Positions 1 to 8,022 of a DNA stretch of 64,000 nucleotides are shown here, piece after piece. Positions within the stretch are counted from its first letter, which is position 1. Every line of letters starts with the position of its first letter. The stretch lies in the NCBI GenBank assembly GCA_017453255.1, contig JAFTKN010000010.1:88458-152457 (forward strand), given 5' to 3'. Source of the DNA: Clostridia bacterium. Its GTDB lineage: Bacteria; Bacillota; Clostridia; Oscillospirales; CAG-272. Under the pieces are notes generated by a model that had not been told where the DNA came from, did no database searches, and worked only from the letters and a program-made list of their open reading frames with translations. The translations under genes were made by a program, and so were the position numbers.

Positions 1-119
1 CCAGGGTTGAGTAAATTTACATATCCAGAAGAGGAAATATCGTACGAGTGATTATTTTCACACTTGTATGAATTGTTAATTCTATTTAGGACTTGCTTAC
101 AAATAGGACAAATATACAT
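1..119 (-). CDS. 5' end of a gene running off the left edge; N-terminal zinc-ribbon of an RlmA/RrmA-like rRNA (guanine-N1) methyltransferase (partial)
   Basis: Reverse-complement reading from ATG at 119 gives MYICPICKQVLNRINNSYKCENNHSYDISSSGYVNLLNP... The CPxC...C-x3-H pattern followed by GYVNLL is how RlmA-family methyltransferases begin. Absent from the ORF track because the window edge truncates it. Confidence 0.45.
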   Translation of the reverse strand, partial: MYICPICKQVLNRINNSYKCENNHSYDISSSGYVNLLNP

Positions 120-143
120 ATATACACCATTTCTATTTTTTTG

Positions 144-172
144 TTGAATTTATTAGGCAAATATATTATAAT
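144..172 (+). promoter_or_regulatory. sigma-A-type promoter of rumA
   Basis: TTGAAT (144-149), 17-nt spacer, TATAAT (167-172). Confidence 0.55.
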
Positions 173-177
173 ATAAA

Positions 178-1482
178 ATGAAAAGCAATTCAAGTATCGG
201 AGGTGATTTTTTGATATCCTTGAATGAGCTATATACTGTGACAATTGAAGATGTAAACATTTTTGGAAATGGTGTTTGTAGGATAGAAAACACTGTTGTT
301 TTTGTTGATAAAGTGCTAATCGGTGAAATATGCGAAATTGAAATAGTTAGAATATATAAGAGCTATGCTTATGGAAAAGTAAAAAGGATAATTAAAAAAT
401 CTGAGGAAAGGGCGAAAATAGCTTGTAGTCATTTTGGAAATTGTGGGGGGTGTTCCTTCTTACATACCACATTTGAAAATGAAAATAGAATAAAAGAGAA
501 ATATGTTAAGGACACATTTAAAAAGGCTAAAATAGAAATTGACGTTGAAAAAATCTGCGCGCCAATAGAATGTGAGTATCGAAATAAAATTGTTTTATTT
601 TTTGACGGAGAGGGCTTTGGATATAAAAAAGAAAAAACAAACGAGATAGTTATACACGAAAAATGTATTTTGAACGAATATGTATTTGATAAAATAGCAA
701 AAGAAAGTGCTAAGCTTTTTAAAGGAAAAGGTGTTAGGGCGATTAGCATAAGAAAAAGTACAGACGATGAAATAACACTTTGCGTAATAACATGTGAAGA
801 ATTAAGTTTGGTGGAATATGTGTCGAAAATAACTATATTAGTGCCAGAAATAAGAAATATATTTTATTCTGTGTGCTCTGATAAAGAAATTGTGCTTGAG
901 AAACAGAAATATATTCGAATATATGGAGAGGGATATATTTATGATAGCTTATGCGATTTGAGATTTAGAATTTCACCAGAATCGTTTTATCAAGTTAACC
1001 ATTTATGTGCTGAAAAGCTTTACGAAAAGGTTGTTTCTTTGGCTGATTTAAGTAAAGATAGTAAATGTGCAGACTTGTTTTGTGGAACGGGAACAATCGG
1101 TATAATTTGTGCTAAAAGAACAGGCTCTAAGGTTTACGGAGTTGAAATAGTTGAAAAAGCGATTGAGGATGCAAAGTATAATGCTGAGTTGAACGCCATA
1201 ACGAATGTTCGTTTTGAGGCTCAAGATGCCTCGAAATTTAACGAAAAGGTTGACACCATAATAATTGACCCTCCAAGAAAGGGCCTTTCAAAATTTATGA
1301 TTGATACGCTTTTAAGATTAAATCCACAAAAAATAGTATATGTTTCGTGTAATGTAGATACCCTTGTAAGAGATATAAAAGTTTTAACAAAAGAATATGT
1401 AATTTCTTCACCAGTATCAATTTTTAACATGTTTCCTAAAACATCTCACGTCGAGAGCGTCGTTTGTCTTAGAAAGGAATAA
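178..1482 (+). CDS. rumA: 23S rRNA (uracil-C5)-methyltransferase, RumA/RlmD family (TRAM + Fe-S + SAM-MTase)
   Basis: 434-aa ORF with Cys cluster CSHFGNCGGCSF (RumA-type 4Fe-4S site) and MTase motifs DLFCGTGTIG, IIDPPRKG, YVSCN. The promoter at 144-172 puts the TSS near 179, so initiation at TTG 211 (GGAGGTG 6 nt upstream) is more likely than ATG 178. Confidence 0.85.
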   Translation: MKSNSSIGGDFLISLNELYTVTIEDVNIFGNGVCRIENTVVFVDKVLIGEICEIEIVRIYKSYAYGKVKRIIKKSEERAKIACSHFGNCGGCSFLHTTFENENRIKEKYVKDTFKKAKIEIDVEKICAPIECEYRNKIVLFFDGEGFGYKKEKTNEIVIHEKCILNEYVFDKIAKESAKLFKGKGVRAISIRKSTDDEITLCVITCEELSLVEYVSKITILVPEIRNIFYSVCSDKEIVLEKQKYIRIYGEGYIYDSLCDLRFRISPESFYQVNHLCAEKLYEKVVSLADLSKDSKCADLFCGTGTIGIICAKRTGSKVYGVEIVEKAIEDAKYNAELNAITNVRFEAQDASKFNEKVDTIIIDPPRKGLSKFMIDTLLRLNPQKIVYVSCNVDTLVRDIKVLTKEYVISSPVSIFNMFPKTSHVESVVCLRKE

Positions 1483-1484
1483 AA

Positions 1485-1931
1485 ATGAAAAAAGAATTTG
1501 AAATTTATAGATCTAATTTTTATGGAATTATATTTTTGATTGCATCAATTTTGTCATTTATAATTGGACTTTTATTTATAGTAACAAAAATAGAGTGGTC
1601 TGGATTTTTAGCAACAATATTCTTTTTGCTATTTGCTATATTTATTGGAGCATTTGCTTTATTTTTCTTAAGGCCCTTCGTTGCCGCAACAATTAATAAA
1701 GAGAAATTAATTGTATATGATAAAAAAATAAACGAAATAGCTTTGGATAAAATTAAAAAGTTTGAGATCAAATACCATCTTATGTCACTTACAGTGAAGG
1801 TGTATGCCGAAGAAGAAACGCACGAATTTGAATGGTTTGTTTCAAAATCATATGAAGTAGCAGTTCTTTTGCAGGATTTTTTAGAGAAAATGGGAAAAGA
1901 AGTAGTCGCTGACGAAAATAATATTAAATAA
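1485..1931 (+). CDS. hypothetical small membrane protein
   Basis: 148-aa ORF starting 3 nt after the rumA stop. Two hydrophobic helices (IIFLIASILSFIIGLLFIV, FLATIFFLLFAIFIGAFALFFL) followed by a soluble tail. No family recognised. Confidence 0.6.
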   Translation: MKKEFEIYRSNFYGIIFLIASILSFIIGLLFIVTKIEWSGFLATIFFLLFAIFIGAFALFFLRPFVAATINKEKLIVYDKKINEIALDKIKKFEIKYHLMSLTVKVYAEEETHEFEWFVSKSYEVAVLLQDFLEKMGKEVVADENNIK

Positions 1932-1935
1932 AATA

Positions 1936-1964
1936 TTGACTATATTTATCAAATGTGCTAAAAT
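1936..1964 (+). promoter_or_regulatory. sigma-A-type promoter of the lipoprotein gene
   Basis: TTGACT (1936-41), 17 nt, TGc-TAAAAT (1959-64, extended -10). Confidence 0.6.
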
Positions 1965-2012
1965 ATATGCGTATAGAACTGAAAATTTGTGCAAAGTGAT
2001 AAGGAGGCTTGA

Positions 2013-3980
2013 ATGAAAAAGTTAATTGCCTTACTAATAGCAATGATAATGATATTAGGTTTAGTTTCGTGTGGAGGTGGCGATGGTGGTGAAACAGAAC
2101 CTGAAGAAAAACCACCTGTAGACACAAGCTCTGGTGGAGAAAGTGGAACTGGCTCAGGTTCTGGCTCTGGAACTGGGGGAGATTTAACAGATGATCCTAT
2201 AGTAACACCACCTGATATAGAAAATGTCGATATTCCAACTGCATCAGATGTTTTAAACAATAATTTTAATGTGTTTGATGATGTTGAATACAAAGAGCAA
2301 ACTAAAACAAGTGGTTTTTATGATGTTATAGATGTTGATGTTTCAAAAGAAGCAAACAATATTACATATAAGATCCAAACAGGTGGAGCATATAGACTAT
2401 TTGGAAAAAGTATAAATGGTTGTATTTATGTAAAAGCACCTGACGAAAATGTATATTTGATACTTGATGGTTTGGATTTAACAAATATGGGCTCTGCTCC
2501 TGCAATTTACGCAGAGGATTGCAAGTCTGTTACCGTTATCTTAACTGAGGGAAGTGTAAACTATTTAAGAGATAGCTCTAAAAATGGTGAAAATGGTGTA
2601 TTACGTGTAAGATCATGTAATTTAACATTAGATGGTAAAGGTACACTTAATGTTGTAGCTAACAGAAAACATGGAATATCTAACACTAAAGAAATAACAA
2701 TAAAGGGTGGTATTTATAACATTACAACACCAACTACAGACGGCCACGCAATATACGGAAAGCTTGGATTGCAAATTGATAGTGGAAGCTTTGATATTAA
2801 TGCAGGTAAAAGTGGATTCAAGAGTGGCGACGTAGAGGATGATGGAACTATAGTTAGCGGATATATAACTATCAATTATACTAAAGCAATAATTTCATGT
2901 GGAACCAATGCATTTAACTGTCAAGGTCCAGTGCAAATTAATGGAGGCTATTTCAAAATAAATGCCAATACAGGCAATGGTATTGATGCTACGGAAGACA
3001 TTAATATTAGCAATGCAACACTTATTATTAATTCAAGTAAGTCTGCGATTACAACTGATAAAGATAAAAATGTTGTAATAGGTGGAAATACTAATTTGAA
3101 GCTTGAAACAACTGGTAATGGTATTTCTGCTACAAACATTTCTATAGCAACTCAGGGGTTTATTTATATTAAAACAACCGCTACTTATGAATTGTATGAC
3201 GAAGCAAGTGACACAAGTGAAACCAAACCCGACCTGTTTGTATTAGAAAATGGATATTATGTTGCATACGATGAAAGTAAGCATGATTCTAAAAAACTTT
3301 ATACAAGACGCAATTGCAAGGGATTAAACGCTGATGATATTAAAATATCGTCAGGAGTGATTGGAATTGATTCCTTTGAAGACGCAATCAATACAACATC
3401 TCTTGATATAATAGATGCAACAATCGTTTTAAATACATTGGCTGATGGCGTTGAGGCTAAAAATGTAACAATTAATGCTACAATAACCGTTCTTAATTCG
3501 CAAAAGGGAATAAGAGGAGAAGAATCACTAACAATCAATGGTGGGTTAGTTACTGTAAATGCTTTGACAGATTCTTTGAATTCTGATAATGCTATCATTG
3601 AAGATGGTATTGTTTATTTATTTGATAAGATTGACAAAGGAACTGAAGGAACAGTAAATGTTAATGGTGGTACCGTTCTCATGTTATCTACAACAAAGAG
3701 TGCTCAATATACAAGTGGTACTCAAAGATACAGGTCTGGAAAGGTAACAAATTTAGATCTTTGCAATGCTGGCTCATGGATGAAAGTTACTTTAGGTGAA
3801 AACTCTGTTGTTCTATATTTACCAAAAGACTATACTAACAAAATGGCATTCTATTATAGCGATGCTGATGCAACAAGCAAAATCACCATTGAATTTGGTA
3901 CATATGAAAAGGGTGAAGAAGTAAATCCATTTGTATATAAGGATGGAACATTTACAACTGAAAAAAGCGAACAAATTTAA
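2013..3980 (+). CDS. surface lipoprotein, Cthe_2159-like carbohydrate-binding / beta-helix family
   Basis: Signal peptide with lipobox LGLVSC, then a Gly/Ser/Thr/Pro-rich linker. Repeated beta-helix-like units (NLTLDGKGTLNVVAN..HGISNTKEITIKGG; GNGIDATEDINISNATLIINS; ADGVEAKNVTINATITV) are typical of the Cthe_2159 family. RBS AAGGAGG lies before the ATG. Confidence 0.7.
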   Translation: MKKLIALLIAMIMILGLVSCGGGDGGETEPEEKPPVDTSSGGESGTGSGSGSGTGGDLTDDPIVTPPDIENVDIPTASDVLNNNFNVFDDVEYKEQTKTSGFYDVIDVDVSKEANNITYKIQTGGAYRLFGKSINGCIYVKAPDENVYLILDGLDLTNMGSAPAIYAEDCKSVTVILTEGSVNYLRDSSKNGENGVLRVRSCNLTLDGKGTLNVVANRKHGISNTKEITIKGGIYNITTPTTDGHAIYGKLGLQIDSGSFDINAGKSGFKSGDVEDDGTIVSGYITINYTKAIISCGTNAFNCQGPVQINGGYFKINANTGNGIDATEDINISNATLIINSSKSAITTDKDKNVVIGGNTNLKLETTGNGISATNISIATQGFIYIKTTATYELYDEASDTSETKPDLFVLENGYYVAYDESKHDSKKLYTRRNCKGLNADDIKISSGVIGIDSFEDAINTTSLDIIDATIVLNTLADGVEAKNVTINATITVLNSQKGIRGEESLTINGGLVTVNALTDSLNSDNAIIEDGIVYLFDKIDKGTEGTVNVNGGTVLMLSTTKSAQYTSGTQRYRSGKVTNLDLCNAGSWMKVTLGENSVVLYLPKDYTNKMAFYYSDADATSKITIEFGTYEKGEEVNPFVYKDGTFTTEKSEQI

Positions 3981-3983
3981 TTT

Positions 3984-4018
3984 AAAAATGCCTACACGAG
4001 AAAAGTGTAGGCATTTTT
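3984..4018. terminator. bidirectional intrinsic terminator between convergent genes
   Basis: AAAAATGCCTACAC-gagaaaa-GTGTAGGCATTTTT. A-tract and T-tract on either side. Confidence 0.8.
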
Positions 4019-4020
4019 CA

Positions 4021-5370
4021 TTATTGATTAGCTTTTTCTAATATAACAAGCAAGACAGCATATATAAAAGTAGGGTATAAATTAAAAAGATGATTATCTA
4101 AAAGTGAGCATAATAACAATGACGTTATAGACAATGCTATAAAAAAAGTAAATTTATTGCGGTTTTTAAAAATGAAGCGTACAGTCTCAACTCTGTGCCA
4201 CAAATATGAAACAAGACCAACTGTTCCACAGGTTGTCATCATTTGTACAATAGTATTATGAAACCTAAATGGCAAAAAGCTAATAAATTGATGCTCGAGA
4301 ACAAACGGGGAATAAAAGCCTCTACCAAAAACAGGATTAGCTAAAAAATTCAATATTCCGTATGCATAAATTTTGAATCGACCATTATCATCAAAGCCAC
4401 GAGAGGTAAAATCGTTTAAGAGAGAGAGGATTTTCTCTCTAAAAACTACCACGAATATAATTCCTATCAAAATCATCGAAAGCGTTAAAATTCGGCTTTG
4501 TAGCTTGTTATAACCGATAAAACAACAGCATATTATGCAAACTATAATAATCAGTGATGCTGTCAATAGTGAAGAACGACTTAGCGTTAATATAATGGCT
4601 ATATATGAAATGATTCCAGTTAGATAAAAAATAAATCCGTATTTTTTTACTGTACATGCAAAATAAAAATGCGCAGGAAGAAAGAATGCAAGCATTCCAC
4701 CCATATTATTCCACATGCCCCAACCAAAGAGAAGGCTTTCCTTGACGATTTGCCCGTTTTCAATGATTGATTGGTTTGCAAAAGTTAAAAAAACTTGCGA
4801 GGAAAGCAATAATGATAAAAGGAACAATATATAAAAAATGTATTCCTTTAAATCATTCGATTTGTGTAAATTGATAGAGAAGATAAAATACACAAATAAC
4901 AAGCAAGCGACAAGAGCGATTGCAAAAATAATATTAATATATGCATATTCAGCAGAACTAAACAAGCCGTTTGTTAAAAACGAAACAGAAAGAAGAACGA
5001 TTCCAAAAACAAGCTTTGATTTATAAAAGCCTTTTAAATCAATGCTTTTTCTGTGTAAAATGAAGTGACAAACAAATGCTATCACAACTATAGTTGCAAG
5101 TATTATCATCGCAATTAGGTATGGCTTTTCAAAAAATTTATCACTTGAAACACTTTTCTCAGAAAACATAAAAATGAAAAAGAAAAGTGGAGAAATAAGG
5201 AATTTCAAGTCGTCACATATCAAAAGACCGACTATTGCACTAAAAATCAAAAAACCAGCACAAATTTCTTCTATAGAGAAGGTATGAGCAATAAATGTAA
5301 TAAAAAAAACGAAAAGAGGATAAAACTTGCTGTTTAGAAACGCTTTGCTATTATTTAAAAGCTTAATCAC
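4021..5370 (-). CDS. O-antigen ligase / Wzy-like polymerase family integral membrane protein
   Basis: 449-aa polytopic membrane ORF with the Wzy_C-like signature region YIAIILTLSRSSLL and a periplasmic loop. Own RBS (AAAGGAGG on the minus strand). Follows a minus-strand terminator. Confidence 0.7.
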   Translation of the reverse strand: MIKLLNNSKAFLNSKFYPLFVFFITFIAHTFSIEEICAGFLIFSAIVGLLICDDLKFLISPLFFFIFMFSEKSVSSDKFFEKPYLIAMIILATIVVIAFVCHFILHRKSIDLKGFYKSKLVFGIVLLSVSFLTNGLFSSAEYAYINIIFAIALVACLLFVYFIFSINLHKSNDLKEYIFYILFLLSLLLSSQVFLTFANQSIIENGQIVKESLLFGWGMWNNMGGMLAFFLPAHFYFACTVKKYGFIFYLTGIISYIAIILTLSRSSLLTASLIIIVCIICCCFIGYNKLQSRILTLSMILIGIIFVVVFREKILSLLNDFTSRGFDDNGRFKIYAYGILNFLANPVFGRGFYSPFVLEHQFISFLPFRFHNTIVQMMTTCGTVGLVSYLWHRVETVRFIFKNRNKFTFFIALSITSLLLCSLLDNHLFNLYPTFIYAVLLVILEKANQ

Positions 5371-5386
5371 AAATACCTCCTTTAGT

Positions 5387-5424
5387 AAAAAATAGGAATT
5401 CGGACTTCAAGAGCCGAATTCCTA
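5387..5424 (-). terminator. intrinsic terminator between the BY-kinase gene and the Wzy-like gene
   Basis: 11-bp stem TAGGAATTCGG/CCGAATTCCTA followed on the minus strand by T6 (plus-strand A6 at 5387-5392). Confidence 0.7.
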
Positions 5425-5438
5425 CATATTAGTGTAAA

Positions 5439-6254
5439 TTATTTTTTATCAGGATTGTTGGCAGTAGATTTATTGGAATTATTATGACCATAGCCATAAT
5501 AATCGCCATATCCGTAGCCGTATTCGCCACCACTTCCAATTCGTCCACCATAATAACCATGCTTACCATAGTATTTTTTATAATAGTTATTGTAATATGA
5601 TGATGATTTAACGGGAATACGATTTAAGATAGCTCCAAGAACCTTGCAGTTACTCTTTTCAAGCTGAGCCTTAACGTCTTGAGCAAAACGATAGCTGATT
5701 TCGTTAGCAGTTATTACCAAAATAGAGCCATCACAGAATTTAGAAACAGCAGATGCGTCAATAACTGCACCTAAAGGAGCTGCATCAACGATTACATAGT
5801 CGTATTCTTCACGTGCCTTTTTAAGTAGTTCCTCGAATTTTTTTGAACCTAAAAGTTCAACAGGATTAGGAGGAAATGCTCCTGCAAAAATCATGTGAAG
5901 ATTTTCTATTTGAGTAGAATATAGAATGTTATCAAAATCTGTTTGACCAGAAAGGTATTCACTTAAGCCTAAAACTTCATTATCGTTGGTTGTATATTCA
6001 GAAGCAAATACTGATTTACGTAAGTCTGCGTCAATCAAAAGAACTTTTTTATCATAAATAGCCAAAGATTTTGATAATTCGATAGAAACAGTACTTTTTC
6101 CTTCGTTTTTCACACAACTTGTAATTAAAACTGTTTTAATATCATCTCCAGAAAAAAGGAAATTTGTACGTAGAGTTTTGAAGGCTTCTTGAATGCTATA
6201 ATTTAATTTTTTTGTTTCGTTAATAATAGTGGAATTCATATTAGATACCTCCAA
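5439..6254 (-). CDS. CpsD/CapB-type bacterial tyrosine kinase (BY-kinase), with an unusually long Tyr/Gly-rich tail
   Basis: Walker A NEGKST, Walker A' LLIDADLRK, Walker B YVIVDAAP. C-terminal tail SSSYYNNYYKKYYGKHGYYGGRIGSGGEYGYGYGDYYGYGHNN. Abuts the Wzz gene. Confidence 0.85.
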   Translation of the reverse strand: MEVSNMNSTIINETKKLNYSIQEAFKTLRTNFLFSGDDIKTVLITSCVKNEGKSTVSIELSKSLAIYDKKVLLIDADLRKSVFASEYTTNDNEVLGLSEYLSGQTDFDNILYSTQIENLHMIFAGAFPPNPVELLGSKKFEELLKKAREEYDYVIVDAAPLGAVIDASAVSKFCDGSILVITANEISYRFAQDVKAQLEKSNCKVLGAILNRIPVKSSSYYNNYYKKYYGKHGYYGGRIGSGGEYGYGYGDYYGYGHNNSNKSTANNPDKK

Positions 6255-7115
6255 TTACTCAATTTCAGGAATAGCACCGAGGACATTCAAGCCAAGACGC
6301 TTTTGAACATCGTCAGGTGTTTTAATTTTATCATCAAAAATGAAGATTACAATTAAAATTGCACAAATTAAGATCATACCAAGAAGGAATGAAATAATGA
6401 TGTTAGATATAAGGTTGATGTTAGATGGACCACCAGGAATTGTGCCACGCGATGTGATTTCGGTTTTAACATTTGGATTTGGATCCATGAGTCCTGTGCT
6501 ATCATTAGGAATACCCATTATTTCAGTTTTTACATAATCTTCATAGTAATAGAGAACAGCGTTTGAAACGACAGCAGAAAGAACAGGATCTGGAGTTGTA
6601 GCTGTTACGGTTACAAATGGAGAATCCTCGTCTGCTGAAATTGAAATATAACCACGAATTTGCGAGCCTGAGATACCCTTGGTTCCAACAACATCTCCAA
6701 AATAACCAACAAAGCCTACACTTTTTGCTCTTTCATATTCTTCGTTTGAAATCTTGCCCTTTAATACAGAAAGCATAACTGTCATTGTTTGTTGCTCGTC
6801 AATCTTATGATTAGCATTTAAATTTTCAGCAACAAGATTGCAGAAATCACCCTTAATAATTGTGGGACTCGCGCCAGATAAGCTTTGTCCAACAACCCAG
6901 TCGCCTTGTGAGTTACCACTGCTTGAGTCGTTTAGAATAAATAAAGTTGTAGATGAAGAGTATTTACGAGAAATACCATAATTGGTATATAAGAATGCAG
7001 CTATGGCAAAGCATAGTGATACAACTGCAATAATCCAAATCTTGCTTAAAAGAAAACGAGAAATGTCTCTTATATCGATTCCGTCATGTGTCTTATTATT
7101 TTTCTTGGTTTCCAT
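6255..7115 (-). CDS. CpsC/CapA-type chain-length determinant (Wzz family), kinase modulator
   Basis: N-terminal TM (IWIIAVVSLCFAIAAFLY), extracellular domain, C-terminal TM, then a short cytoplasmic tail (DDKIKTPDDVQKRLGLNVLGAIPEIE), as in Firmicute CapA/CpsC. Its stop abuts the kinase start. Confidence 0.8.
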   Translation of the reverse strand: METKKNNKTHDGIDIRDISRFLLSKIWIIAVVSLCFAIAAFLYTNYGISRKYSSSTTLFILNDSSSGNSQGDWVVGQSLSGASPTIIKGDFCNLVAENLNANHKIDEQQTMTVMLSVLKGKISNEEYERAKSVGFVGYFGDVVGTKGISGSQIRGYISISADEDSPFVTVTATTPDPVLSAVVSNAVLYYYEDYVKTEIMGIPNDSTGLMDPNPNVKTEITSRGTIPGGPSNINLISNIIISFLLGMILICAILIVIFIFDDKIKTPDDVQKRLGLNVLGAIPEIE

Positions 7116-7130
7116 TGAATTGCTCCTTGT

Positions 7131-7874
7131 TTATAATAGTCTTTCGTTTTTTAAAATGCGTTGTGGATTGGTATAAAAAATTTTTTTTGCAAAGCTGTCA
7201 CCATATTTTCTTAGAATAAAATCATATGCAACTGACAATTTTGGAACAAGTAAATTATTATCATGTGAATCCGTGCAAATTAAATCGACGAGTGAATTTT
7301 TTAACAATTTTTTGATAAAACGTGCAGTTTTCCCAAATCTAATGTTCAAACTTAAAGAGTTAATTTGTAGAACGATGCCTGATTTGTGTAATTCTTCCAA
7401 AAAAGGGAGATTTTTATATAAGGCAGAGTAACGTTCAATATGAGCTAAAATAGGTAAGTATCCTTTTCGTGACAACTTTAAAAGAGTGTCTTTAATTTCA
7501 AATATAGTTGATTCTGGCCTAAATTCTACAAGAATATATTTGGTTTCGCCAATTAATTTGCATTTTTTAGATGCTAATGATTCACAAATGTCTGCGTGAA
7601 AGAGAACTTCGTTTCCTAAAATTAGCATTAAATCGGGATATGTATCCTTAGCAAACTCAACTAATGAATTGAAATTGCGATTTATCTTATTATTATAACT
7701 CTCAATAGCCTTGTCATCACTAAAATGATGAATTTTGAAATGTGGTGTAAAGCAAATGGTTCTAATGCCATCGTCATATGCTAATTTCAACATTTCTTTT
7801 GAAACCTCTATACTTTTAGCACCATCATCAATTTCGTATAAAGTGTGACAATGTAAATCTACAAAATTATGCAA
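7131..7874 (-). CDS. CpsB/CapC-type PHP-family tyrosine-protein phosphatase
   Basis: VDLHCHTLYEIDDGA metal-binding motif near the N-terminus, then HFK.., H at AHIERY, and DSHD. The minus-strand promoter at 7910-7938 places the TSS downstream of the track start (7907). TTG at 7874 has AGGAG 8 nt upstream. Confidence 0.8.
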   Translation of the reverse strand: MHNFVDLHCHTLYEIDDGAKSIEVSKEMLKLAYDDGIRTICFTPHFKIHHFSDDKAIESYNNKINRNFNSLVEFAKDTYPDLMLILGNEVLFHADICESLASKKCKLIGETKYILVEFRPESTIFEIKDTLLKLSRKGYLPILAHIERYSALYKNLPFLEELHKSGIVLQINSLSLNIRFGKTARFIKKLLKNSLVDLICTDSHDNNLLVPKLSVAYDFILRKYGDSFAKKIFYTNPQRILKNERLL

Positions 7875-7909
7875 AATTATGACTCCTATTCGCGTTTCAT
7901 ACAACAATC

Positions 7910-7938
7910 ATTTTATCACAAGGGGTGTAATTTGTCAA
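7910..7938 (-). promoter_or_regulatory. sigma-A-type promoter of the cpsB-cpsC-cpsD operon
   Basis: Minus strand: TTGACA (7938-7933), 17 nt, TGa-TAAAAT (7915-7910). Confidence 0.6.
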
Positions 7939-7974
7939 TAGATAAAGTAAATAAAATATATAATTAATATATTA

Positions 7975-8003
7975 TTGACAATGGACAATTAATTTGGTAC
8001 AAT
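7975..8003 (+). promoter_or_regulatory. sigma-A-type promoter of the radical SAM gene
   Basis: TTGACA (7975-80), 17 nt, TACAAT (7998-8003). Divergent from the cps promoter. Confidence 0.6.
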
Positions 8004-8022
8004 TCTTAATGAGGTGATAAAA

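Noticed and set aside
1958-2293. 111-aa minus-strand ORF (Pro/Glu/Ser-rich) and the 1924-2127 ORF
   Set aside because: Both are antisense to the Gly/Ser/Thr linker of the lipoprotein gene. They are a low-complexity mirror-image artefact.
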